DNA of 64,000 bases, taken from positions 10,006-74,005 of the forward strand of contig JAGCYU010000001.1 of assembly GCA_017960645.1 (NCBI GenBank). Reading direction: 5' to 3'. Origin of the DNA: Alphaproteobacteria bacterium (GTDB lineage: Bacteria; Pseudomonadota; Alphaproteobacteria; CAAHEQ01; UBA3637). Shown here piece by piece: positions 9,081 through 17,721 of this stretch (the stretch's first letter is position 1; every line of letters starts with the position of its first letter). The translations under genes were made by a program, and so were the position numbers. The notes beneath the pieces are model-generated. The model was not told where the DNA came from, did no database searches, and was given only the letters and a program-made list of their open reading frames with translations.

Positions 9081-10217
9081 ATGGAAAAATCTCACAATGC
9101 TGGTAATTTTTTGTTTATGATATTTTGGTGGTTTGTGCAACGATTGAATCCGCATTGGGCTCACCGGTTATTGTATTGGGGCTTGCGGGACGGTTCTTTT
9201 CCATCCGGACATTGTAAGGATCCAAGACTCACTGTTCATGTTTGGGATCGGGATTTTTTAACCCCTATTGGAATCGGGGATGGCGTAGATAAACGTGGAA
9301 ATATTTTAGACTCATTGATCCAGATGGGATTTAGCTTCGGTGTTTTTGGTCCTTACACACTGGAAAAAGAAATGCCCCCCATTCAAACAACCTATTACAA
9401 AAAGGCACGTGCTGTTGTTGTAGATTGTGACGGCTATCGTAATCCTGGGTTAACAAAAATTTTGCCATGGTTAGTTAAACGGCGTTATTTGCCCCACTTC
9501 GTTGGGATAGATATTGCTATTCCTGCAGAATCTGAAGATTTAAACATCAAACAAGGGCGGCGTTTTACATATCGGGATGAGTTCGTTTTAATGACACAAA
9601 AAGTTGCTCCATTTGTGGACTTTATTGTGATTGACTTTGCACATCCGAGTTCTGAATTATGCACAATGGTCGTTGACGCTTCCACAATTGTTCCTATTTT
9701 GCGTGCTGTCAAAGAAACAATTGATCGTGCAGCCCCCATTCAAAAGCCAAGATTATTGGTCAAAATTCCTGTGGATTTAAATGCTATGGAAGCACCCTTG
9801 GTTGCCCAATTATTATTAGATTCCGGTATAGACGGTATCATCATTGCTGGACCAATATCACTCAACAAAAATGCAACCATTCGCCTGGAAGGCAAGCGTT
9901 TGGAACCAGAGGGCATGTTAAGTGGTCAACCCGTACATGATGCAGTACGTGAATTAATCCGCAAAATATATCATTATACCCAAAATAGGATTCCTATTAT
10001 TGCCTGTGGCGGTATTTTCTCTGGACAAGATGTTTTTGATTATGTTGGTGCTGGCGCTAATTTAGCATTTTTGGATCAAGCTACCCTCACCTATGAAGGG
10101 CCAACTATTTTGAATAAAATAGATAAAGAATTAGGTGAATTGCTGACAGAAAAAGGTTTTGCGAAGTTGACCGATGCAATTGGGTCTGATTTCAAAGAAA
10201 CAAAAACACCGGAGTAA
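9081..10217 (+). CDS. pyrD: dihydroorotate dehydrogenase (quinone)-like, divergent
   Basis: Class-2 DHODH layout with C-terminal IIACGGIFSGQDVFDYVGAGANL FMN-binding motif; some internal motifs look substituted. Confidence 0.6.
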   Translation: MEKSHNAGNFLFMIFWWFVQRLNPHWAHRLLYWGLRDGSFPSGHCKDPRLTVHVWDRDFLTPIGIGDGVDKRGNILDSLIQMGFSFGVFGPYTLEKEMPPIQTTYYKKARAVVVDCDGYRNPGLTKILPWLVKRRYLPHFVGIDIAIPAESEDLNIKQGRRFTYRDEFVLMTQKVAPFVDFIVIDFAHPSSELCTMVVDASTIVPILRAVKETIDRAAPIQKPRLLVKIPVDLNAMEAPLVAQLLLDSGIDGIIIAGPISLNKNATIRLEGKRLEPEGMLSGQPVHDAVRELIRKIYHYTQNRIPIIACGGIFSGQDVFDYVGAGANLAFLDQATLTYEGPTILNKIDKELGELLTEKGFAKLTDAIGSDFKETKTPE

Positions 10218-10249
10218 GCATACAACAAACGAACACGATTGGGGGATTC

Positions 10250-10654
10250 ATGTTTAAGCTGCTTCCTGCTTTAGCTGATAAAATTTATATTGGGGAGTTG
10301 CCTTTTTGTACTGTGTTGATGGAGAACGCATCCGAATTTGTTTGGTTATTTTTAGTTCCCCGCAAAGAAAATGCTTTTAACATGACCCATTTGACGCATA
10401 ATGAACGAATCATTTTGATGTCAGAGATAGAACAAGCAGAGTCCGCCTTAATCAGATTATTTCATCCAGACCAAACCAATGTGGCAATGATTGGTAATAT
10501 TACCCCACAATTACATGTTCACATTATTTGCAGATATAAAACAGACCCTGTGTGGCCAAGTACTGTATGGGGGCATAAATTTACACCCTATTCTGAAACA
10601 AAAAAATCGGAAATAATCGCGTTATTAAGAAAGGAACTTGCATGTCAAACGTAG
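10250..10654 (+). CDS. HIT (histidine triad) family protein
   Basis: QLHVHIICR histidine-triad-like motif. Confidence 0.5.
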   Translation: MFKLLPALADKIYIGELPFCTVLMENASEFVWLFLVPRKENAFNMTHLTHNERIILMSEIEQAESALIRLFHPDQTNVAMIGNITPQLHVHIICRYKTDPVWPSTVWGHKFTPYSETKKSEIIALLRKELACQT

Positions 10655-11415
10655 CCATTGTTATTCCCACTCGTTTAGGTTCTACAAGATTACCAAACAA
10701 ACCTCTGGCTGTTGTGAATGGGAAGACTGTAATCCAGCATGTATATGAACATGCCATTGCCGTTCACCCCAAAGAAGATGTTTATATTGCGGCAGGTGAT
10801 CAAGAAATCATCCAAGAAGCACAAAAGTTTAACGCACAATGCGTATTAACGCCCGCCGATTTACCTTCTGGAACAGACCGTATTGTCTACGCGCTCAGCA
10901 AAATTGACCCAGATAACACAAAATATGATACTGTTGTCAATTTTCAAGGAGATGGCATCAATGTGGACCCCAAAATCAACTTGCGACTGGTTCAATTATT
11001 GGAAAAAACAAATGCAGATTGGGTAACTGTGGGGAAAAAGATTACAAACCCTCAAGACATTCAAAATCCAAACTATGTCAAAATTGCATTAGGACTAAAA
11101 CCAGGGGAAGATTTTGGGCGCGCTTTGTATTTTTCACGCAGCCCTATTCCTTTTAATCGAGATGGCGATAAAGAAAAAAACTTTGCTTATTGGCACATTG
11201 GTATTTATGTCTATAAAATTTCGGCTTTAAAAAAATTTATTTCCTGTCCTGTGGGGGTATTGGAAGCTACCGAAAAACTGGAACAATTACGCGCACTAGA
11301 AAATGGTATGTCCATTTATGCTTTAATCGTACCAAGCATAAAGCTTATTGAAGATGCACCAACAGACATTAATACACCAGAAGAATTAGTAGAAGCACAA
11401 AAATTTAAGTTTTAA
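10642..11415 (+). CDS. kdsB: 3-deoxy-manno-octulosonate cytidylyltransferase (CMP-KDO synthetase)
   Basis: IPTRLGSTRLPNKPL N-terminal nucleotidyltransferase motif. Confidence 0.85.
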   Translation: MSNVAIVIPTRLGSTRLPNKPLAVVNGKTVIQHVYEHAIAVHPKEDVYIAAGDQEIIQEAQKFNAQCVLTPADLPSGTDRIVYALSKIDPDNTKYDTVVNFQGDGINVDPKINLRLVQLLEKTNADWVTVGKKITNPQDIQNPNYVKIALGLKPGEDFGRALYFSRSPIPFNRDGDKEKNFAYWHIGIYVYKISALKKFISCPVGVLEATEKLEQLRALENGMSIYALIVPSIKLIEDAPTDINTPEELVEAQKFKF

Positions 11416-11424
11416 AGGGGCCAC

Positions 11425-13395
11425 ATGTATATCACGAGCGACAAGATTTCTATCAGTCACCTGCAACGGTTAAGCAAATTAACTAAAGCCACCTTATGGC
11501 CTTCGGCAAAAAACCCCAGTTTAAAAGCCGGCAATACATCTAAACCTAAAAAAAATTTGATTTTAGTAACACAAAATCCGTCCGAAGCACGACTGAAAGA
11601 ACTACTGGCATTTCCATGTACAGGTATTGTGGATGCACATTCTCTTGATGCTTCAATCCAAACATTTATCAAAAAAATCAAGACAGACAAACAAACAAAA
11701 TCCATTGGCGTATTATTAACCTGCCCAGTTATTTATGCTTGTAATGTTGCCGAATTGTTCACACAAGCATTAAACACGCGATTAACCTTAACACCAACAC
11801 AAGTTGAAAGTATCCATTTTGCGCTACACGAATCTATCGTCAACGGCTTAATCCACGGAAATTTACATGTGAACAGCCAAATGCGACAATCTGCGCGCGA
11901 CTTTATTGAATATGCCAGGTTATTACACGACCGTTTAAATGACCCCAGTTATGCCCAAAAGTCTATTAGCATTATCGCATCTTGGGATAAACAAAAATTA
12001 GAAATTAAAATACGTGATGAGGGGGCAGGATATGAATTAAATTCCAGTCCTAAAATTACACCCAATGTCCAACCTAAAACCGGCAGAGGCATTAAAATTA
12101 TAGCAGGAACGGCTGATTCTTGTACTATTGAAGATTTTGGCCGAGAAATTACGCTTTCTTTTTTGCTGACAGAATCCGGGACATATCATTGGCCTCAAAA
12201 CTATGCATCCGAAAATGAAAACACTTCTTTTGTATCCCCCGATTTGTCCAAATGTTTTGTTTTGGTCATTGAAGATAACTTAAGCACGCAAACCGTTTTA
12301 GGGCGCTTATTAAATGTTATCGGAATCACAAATATTGCTTTTGCAGCTGATGGAGTTGAAGGTTTGGCAAAAGCCACCGAATTTAAACCCGACTTAATTA
12401 TCTTGGATATTACGATGCCACGGATGGATGGGTATGAGGTGATGCACAGATTGAAGCAGGATAAAACAACCAATAACATTCCTGTTTTGATTCAAACTGC
12501 CTCTGATAACCGGGAAACGCGCGAAAAAACATTCAGCGCAGGAGCAACAGACTTTATTACAAAACCTATTAACCCTTTGGAATTTTTTTCACGAGTCAAA
12601 GTGCATTTGGAAAACCGGTTGCTTGTTAAAAATTTACAAGATCAGCTATCGCAAATTGAATCAGAATTACAATCTGCACAACGCATGCAAGTTGATATGT
12701 TACCATCCGATAAATTATTGGAAGATACACGTAATAAATATCATATCAATATTGAACATTACTTTGAACCTTCGTCCGTACTGGGAGGGGATTTTTGGCA
12801 AATATTCCCCTTATCTAAAACACGGCTGGGGTTTTATATCTGCGACTTTTCCGGACACGGTGTGGCCAGTGCTTTAAACACCTTTCGCCTACACGCTCTG
12901 GTCAGCCAAAATAATTTACATTTAAAAACACCGGCATTGTTTTTAAAACACTTAAACAAGCAGATGCATTTATTGTTGCCAAGAGGACAATTCGCCACAA
13001 TGTTCTTAGGTATTTTAGATACTCGCAAAAAAACTTTAACCTATTCCGGAGCTGGCGCCCCTAATCCAATTTTTATAAGAAAAGGGCGTGGCCGTTTATT
13101 GGCCTCTGAAGGATTGCCTTTGGGAATATTGCCTAATCCAGAGTATCAAAACTCTTGCGTTGAATTACAAAAAGGGGACACATTATTGCTTTACAGCGAC
13201 GCTTTAATCGAAGCTCCCAACAAAAAAGGAGAACGGTTGGGCATCAACGTATTTAAAAACAAAGCAATTAAGTTGATTGCCAAGAAAAAATTGGAAGATG
13301 GCTTAAATGATTTATTACATGCCTTCTTTGAGTTTGCACCACCACCACCGCCCGATGACGTGACAGCCGTTTTATTACAATGGGAAGGCCAATGA
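11425..13395 (+). CDS. fused regulator: RsbW-like HATPase_c kinase domain, receiver domain, and PP2C/SpoIIE phosphatase domain
   Basis: aa ~120-250 carry HATPase-like motifs (HESIVNGLIHGN; DEGAGYE; GRGIKII); aa ~275-400 form a receiver (VLVIEDN...DLIILDITMP...ATDFITKPI); the C-terminus has PP2C-like GGDFW / DFSGHG motifs. Confidence 0.6.
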   Translation: MYITSDKISISHLQRLSKLTKATLWPSAKNPSLKAGNTSKPKKNLILVTQNPSEARLKELLAFPCTGIVDAHSLDASIQTFIKKIKTDKQTKSIGVLLTCPVIYACNVAELFTQALNTRLTLTPTQVESIHFALHESIVNGLIHGNLHVNSQMRQSARDFIEYARLLHDRLNDPSYAQKSISIIASWDKQKLEIKIRDEGAGYELNSSPKITPNVQPKTGRGIKIIAGTADSCTIEDFGREITLSFLLTESGTYHWPQNYASENENTSFVSPDLSKCFVLVIEDNLSTQTVLGRLLNVIGITNIAFAADGVEGLAKATEFKPDLIILDITMPRMDGYEVMHRLKQDKTTNNIPVLIQTASDNRETREKTFSAGATDFITKPINPLEFFSRVKVHLENRLLVKNLQDQLSQIESELQSAQRMQVDMLPSDKLLEDTRNKYHINIEHYFEPSSVLGGDFWQIFPLSKTRLGFYICDFSGHGVASALNTFRLHALVSQNNLHLKTPALFLKHLNKQMHLLLPRGQFATMFLGILDTRKKTLTYSGAGAPNPIFIRKGRGRLLASEGLPLGILPNPEYQNSCVELQKGDTLLLYSDALIEAPNKKGERLGINVFKNKAIKLIAKKKLEDGLNDLLHAFFEFAPPPPPDDVTAVLLQWEGQ

Positions 13396-14099
13396 TTCGT
13401 CTTTATCTTCCTTTTCCTTTGACTAAAAACAACTCCATTCCTTTGAATGAAGAACAATACCATTATTTATACCACGTCATGCGTTTAAAACCTGACGACA
13501 AACTGCTGTGTTTTAATGGCGTTGATGGAGAATGGGAAGCATCCATTGATGCACAAGGGAAAAAGAAATGGTATGTCATCCCTCAAAAACAGACTCGGTT
13601 CCAAAACGTGACACCCTTTTGTGCATTATGCCCTGCACTTATAAAAAAAGATAATTTTGATTTAGTATTGCAAAAAGCAACCGAGCTAAATGTATCGGAC
13701 ATTTATCCTTTGAAGCTGGATCGCAGCGTCGTCGCAACATTGAATATGAAACGTGCAGAAAGCATTTTAATTGAAGCTTCAGAACAATGTGAGCGTTTAG
13801 ATTTACCGCGATTACATCCTGTTATGAACTTAAAAGATTTTTTAAAAAATCTGCCCAAAGACGTAACGTTGTTTTATTTATCAGAAAGAGAAAATAACGT
13901 ATCACAAACCATTTCCTGTCAAAAACCAGCCTTTGTTGTGGGGCCAGAGGGCGGCTTTACCCCAGAAGAATTAACTATTTTATCACAACACAAGGCCTAT
14001 ATGATCCATTTTCCAGAAACAATTTTACGGGCAGAAACGGCATCAATTGCAACGATTTCATGTTGGCAATTTGGACAATTTATCCCTAATAAAAAATAG
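13380..14099 (+). CDS. rsmE: 16S rRNA (uracil1498-N3)-methyltransferase
   Basis: RsmE family: RLKPDD near the N-terminus, VVGPEGGFTPEE motif. Confidence 0.8.
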   Translation: MGRPMIRLYLPFPLTKNNSIPLNEEQYHYLYHVMRLKPDDKLLCFNGVDGEWEASIDAQGKKKWYVIPQKQTRFQNVTPFCALCPALIKKDNFDLVLQKATELNVSDIYPLKLDRSVVATLNMKRAESILIEASEQCERLDLPRLHPVMNLKDFLKNLPKDVTLFYLSERENNVSQTISCQKPAFVVGPEGGFTPEELTILSQHKAYMIHFPETILRAETASIATISCWQFGQFIPNKK

Positions 14100-14151
14100 C
14101 TTGCTTTTTATTTTATTTTTGGCTAGCATGATACCGATAGGGGTGTGACAT

Positions 14152-15771
14152 ATGAAACATTTAACATTTTTTGGTTTGCTGGGGATGGCCAGTTGCATGG
14201 TCGTAACATCTGCGCACGCAGCAAATTTAATTGTATGTCAACATGGACGCTGTTCAACTGTACCATCCCATGTTAATCTCTATCCGTATGTAGATCATAT
14301 TAAATCTATGCTGTTAACCGCTCCCAATGGGCGCATTGATTTTTGTGAAGCCTCCCCAAAGAATCATTTATGTCAGGCAAGCTCTATCCGTTGGACGACG
14401 GTGTCTGATACAAATCAATTTAATATGACTATCCCAAATGCCAGAATAAATGTTATAGGCAACGAAGTCGCGCTGGATTATGTTTTGGAAGCTAACAATT
14501 CCTATCCGCGCTGTATGTTTTCTCCCCTAAAAATCTCTGTATTACCAAATAGGACTCTTCAAATAGTCTCTTATGTGTATAATTGCAATTTATTAGAAAC
14601 AGAACCAACAAACATTCAAAAAATTCTGTCTGTAGATTTTATTGATTTAGACCACAATGTTATTGGCGGTTCATATCTTATCCAAAGCGGTGGCGCCTTG
14701 TCTGGTGAAGCCAAAGGATATGCTTTAATGCAATTACGAGATGCAAAAACTTCTTTGCCATTGGTCGCACAACGTTATCGTAACCAAGCCCCTCGTGTGC
14801 CCATCCCAGTCATCCCACAACAAACCATAGTGCAGCCACCGACTCCATTATGGAATGATAATGAAGATGCAATTTTTGGCAATTGGAACTCTGGATTCAA
14901 TGTTTATCCTCCGGTGTTAGCCTCGGATTTAGCTGCCGATACTGAAATTGAAGATAAAGAAGGTGAACAGCTACCTCCTCAAGAGACGCCTGTAACACCA
15001 GAAATGGCCCCTGTGTCACAACCTCAAGAAATTGCACTAGAGGAAACAAAACAAGAGGATTCAACCCTAAAAACAACGCCTGAAGCAGAACAAAAGGTTG
15101 AAGCTGAAAAAACCGAAAAACCAGTGGTAGTTGTCCCGCCTGTTACCGAAACTGTTGAAGTAAAAGAAACCATAAAGGAAAAGCCTCAAGAACCTGCAAA
15201 AGCAAAAGGATTCCCAAGTATATCATCTATTTTGGATGATTTATTGTACACATTGCCTTTTGATTGGTTGGATGATGCACAAAGTGAAGAACCTCACAGT
15301 CTTTTTGATCCATTACCTGAACCACAGGAAGAGCCGCAACACGAGCCAGAGCCTGAGACAGTGAAACCTGCCGACAGTTATTTCCAACCGGAAAAACCTC
15401 AAATAATTCCTGTTGTGCCTCAAGAAATTATTTTATTGGTTCCACAAGATCCTGTTGTTGCTCCGCCTACTATTACAATACCAGAACCAAAACCCATCGT
15501 AGCCCCTGAATCAGGGCTGACGGTAGAGCCTATCAAACCGGAGCCTGCTCCAATACCACAACCTGAGCCTATAAAAACAGAACTGCAACCAGCCCCTGTT
15601 TATGAAGCGCCACAGGTCCCAGAACCAAAAGAAAATCAAATAGATTTTTCGCAAAGACGCCAAAATATCTTTATGTCCTGTCCTCCAAAGCCTAGCAAAC
15701 CCAAAAAAGGGTTTTGGAAAACAATCAGCGATGCTGCAGTAAATATGTTTTATTTTGAACCACCTATTTAA
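14152..15771 (+). CDS. secreted protein with a Cys-containing N-domain and a long Pro/Glu-rich low-complexity C-terminal region
   Basis: Signal peptide (MKHLTFFGLLGMASCMVVTSAHA); a PEP/PQ-rich region more than 250 aa long. Confidence 0.5.
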   Translation: MKHLTFFGLLGMASCMVVTSAHAANLIVCQHGRCSTVPSHVNLYPYVDHIKSMLLTAPNGRIDFCEASPKNHLCQASSIRWTTVSDTNQFNMTIPNARINVIGNEVALDYVLEANNSYPRCMFSPLKISVLPNRTLQIVSYVYNCNLLETEPTNIQKILSVDFIDLDHNVIGGSYLIQSGGALSGEAKGYALMQLRDAKTSLPLVAQRYRNQAPRVPIPVIPQQTIVQPPTPLWNDNEDAIFGNWNSGFNVYPPVLASDLAADTEIEDKEGEQLPPQETPVTPEMAPVSQPQEIALEETKQEDSTLKTTPEAEQKVEAEKTEKPVVVVPPVTETVEVKETIKEKPQEPAKAKGFPSISSILDDLLYTLPFDWLDDAQSEEPHSLFDPLPEPQEEPQHEPEPETVKPADSYFQPEKPQIIPVVPQEIILLVPQDPVVAPPTITIPEPKPIVAPESGLTVEPIKPEPAPIPQPEPIKTELQPAPVYEAPQVPEPKENQIDFSQRRQNIFMSCPPKPSKPKKGFWKTISDAAVNMFYFEPPI

Positions 15772-15789
15772 CAAAACAAAGGGCAAATC

Positions 15790-17055
15790 ATGCAAAAAAA
15801 CATTCGGATATCAACCTTACCGAATAAGATTCGTGTCATTACAGAAACACAACCCGCCACAGATTCTATATCATTAGGTGTATGGGTTGGGGTTGGTTCA
15901 CGTTATGAAACAAAAGAGCAAAGCGGTATCTCCCATTTTTTAGAGCATATGGCTTTTAAAGGCACAGCAACTCGTTCCGCCTTACAAATTGCAAAAGAAA
16001 TAGAAGAAGTTGGTGGAATTATTAATGCATACACGGGCCAAGATATGACGGCTTATTACACCCGCGTATTAAAAAAACAACTACCTGTTGGATTAGATAT
16101 CATTGCGGATATTGTTCAACATTCTATTATGGATGAAAAAGAATTAAACACTGAAAAAGGTGTCATTATTCAAGAATTAAATATGTATAAGGATCAACCT
16201 AAACACGTGGCTTGGGTAAATTTTGATGAGACAGCTTATCCAAACCAGCCTCTAGGTCGCGATATTGGTGGAGATCCAAAGGTTATTCAAAATATGACGC
16301 CACAAATCATGTTGAATTATATGCATTCTCATTATACCACAGACAAAATTATTATCAGTGCAGTAGGTAACTTGGATCATAATAAGTTTGTCAAAAAATG
16401 TGAAAAATTATTTACGGATTTATCCACAGCAAAATCTATGATCCCAAAGCCTGCACATTATGAAGGTGGATATAAATACGTTAAAAAAAAGCACGAGCAA
16501 GTCAATTTAATGCTTGGTTTTGAAGGGGTTCCCTATCATTCCCCGGATTTATGGACATCAAAGCTGTTGGCAACTATTTTAGGGGGAGGCATGACTTCTC
16601 GTTTGTTCCAAGAAATTCGTGAAAAGCGAGGTTTGGTCTATACGGTGCATGCTGCCTCTTCTTGTGAAAGCGATACAGGTATTTTTTATATTTATGCTGG
16701 AACTGGGGAAAAAGAGTTAGTGACACTTATGCCAACGCTATGTAATGAACTTAAAAAGACAATGCATACCATCACGGACGAAGAATTGGAAAAAGCCAAA
16801 ACTCAAATTAAAGCCACTTTATTGATGCGCGCAGAAGAAATTTCAGAACATGCAGACAATAATGCTTCAGAACTTTTGCATTATGGCAAAATTCGTTCCA
16901 AAGAAGCTTTGATTAAAGAAATTAGTGCGGTCACAAAAAAACAAGTAATCGCTTATGCTCAAAAACTGTTTATTTCAAAGCCGACTGTCTCGGCATTAGG
17001 ACCTATTAACCATATGATGTCCTATGATGATATTGTTGCGAATTTAAAAGGATAA
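15790..17055 (+). CDS. M16-family zinc metallopeptidase (insulinase/processing-peptidase-like)
   Basis: HFLEHMAFKGT inverted zinc-binding motif HxxEH. Confidence 0.8.
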   Translation: MQKNIRISTLPNKIRVITETQPATDSISLGVWVGVGSRYETKEQSGISHFLEHMAFKGTATRSALQIAKEIEEVGGIINAYTGQDMTAYYTRVLKKQLPVGLDIIADIVQHSIMDEKELNTEKGVIIQELNMYKDQPKHVAWVNFDETAYPNQPLGRDIGGDPKVIQNMTPQIMLNYMHSHYTTDKIIISAVGNLDHNKFVKKCEKLFTDLSTAKSMIPKPAHYEGGYKYVKKKHEQVNLMLGFEGVPYHSPDLWTSKLLATILGGGMTSRLFQEIREKRGLVYTVHAASSCESDTGIFYIYAGTGEKELVTLMPTLCNELKKTMHTITDEELEKAKTQIKATLLMRAEEISEHADNNASELLHYGKIRSKEALIKEISAVTKKQVIAYAQKLFISKPTVSALGPINHMMSYDDIVANLKG

Positions 17056-17056
17056 C

Positions 17057-17692
17057 ATGCCTGATTTTACCTATGAATCTATGTACACGGGACCAGGGCT
17101 TGTTTTTGGTATAGATGAGGCAGGCAGAGGGCCTTGGTGCGGTCCTGTTGTTGCTGCTTGCGTTTGCTGGCCTAAGCAACAAATAGATGCCAACCTAGCC
17201 ACCCAAATTAACGATTCCAAAAAATTGTCTGCGCAAAAACGGGAAAAGCTGTTTCCACTGATTATGAATAATTCTTATGTAGGCATTGGACAGGCCAGCG
17301 CCCAAGAAATAGACGACATAAATATTTTGCAAGCAACTTTCCTTGCTATGGATAGAGCCCTTCAAAATGCGGCAAAAAACGGTCATACGGCATCGTTTGC
17401 CCTAATTGATGGCAATCGGTTACCCAAATGGACTTTGCCTTGTCAGACGCTTATAAAAGGCGATTCTTTAAGTCTTTCTATTGCGGCGGCCAGTATTATT
17501 GCAAAAGTAACTAGGGATCACATTATGATCGAACTGGCCAAACACTATCCGGAATATGCTTGGGATAAAAATGCAGGATACGGAACTGCAGATCACATTG
17601 CCGCTTTAAAAAAGTATGGCATTACGCCCCATCATAGAAAAAGCTACCGCCCCATTAGAGAGCTATTAGAACAAAAAAAAGAGGGCAAATAA
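17057..17692 (+). CDS. rnhB: ribonuclease HII
   Basis: GIDEAGRGPWCGPVVAA catalytic motif. Confidence 0.9.
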   Translation: MPDFTYESMYTGPGLVFGIDEAGRGPWCGPVVAACVCWPKQQIDANLATQINDSKKLSAQKREKLFPLIMNNSYVGIGQASAQEIDDINILQATFLAMDRALQNAAKNGHTASFALIDGNRLPKWTLPCQTLIKGDSLSLSIAAASIIAKVTRDHIMIELAKHYPEYAWDKNAGYGTADHIAALKKYGITPHHRKSYRPIRELLEQKKEGK

Positions 17693-17712
17693 ATCGCCCT
17701 CTTTTGATTTTT
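17680..17712. terminator. bidirectional terminator between the convergent rnhB and rpoC
   Basis: GAGGGC...GCCCTC inverted repeat followed by TTTTGATTTTT. Confidence 0.55.
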
Positions 17713-17721
17713 GGATCCAGA

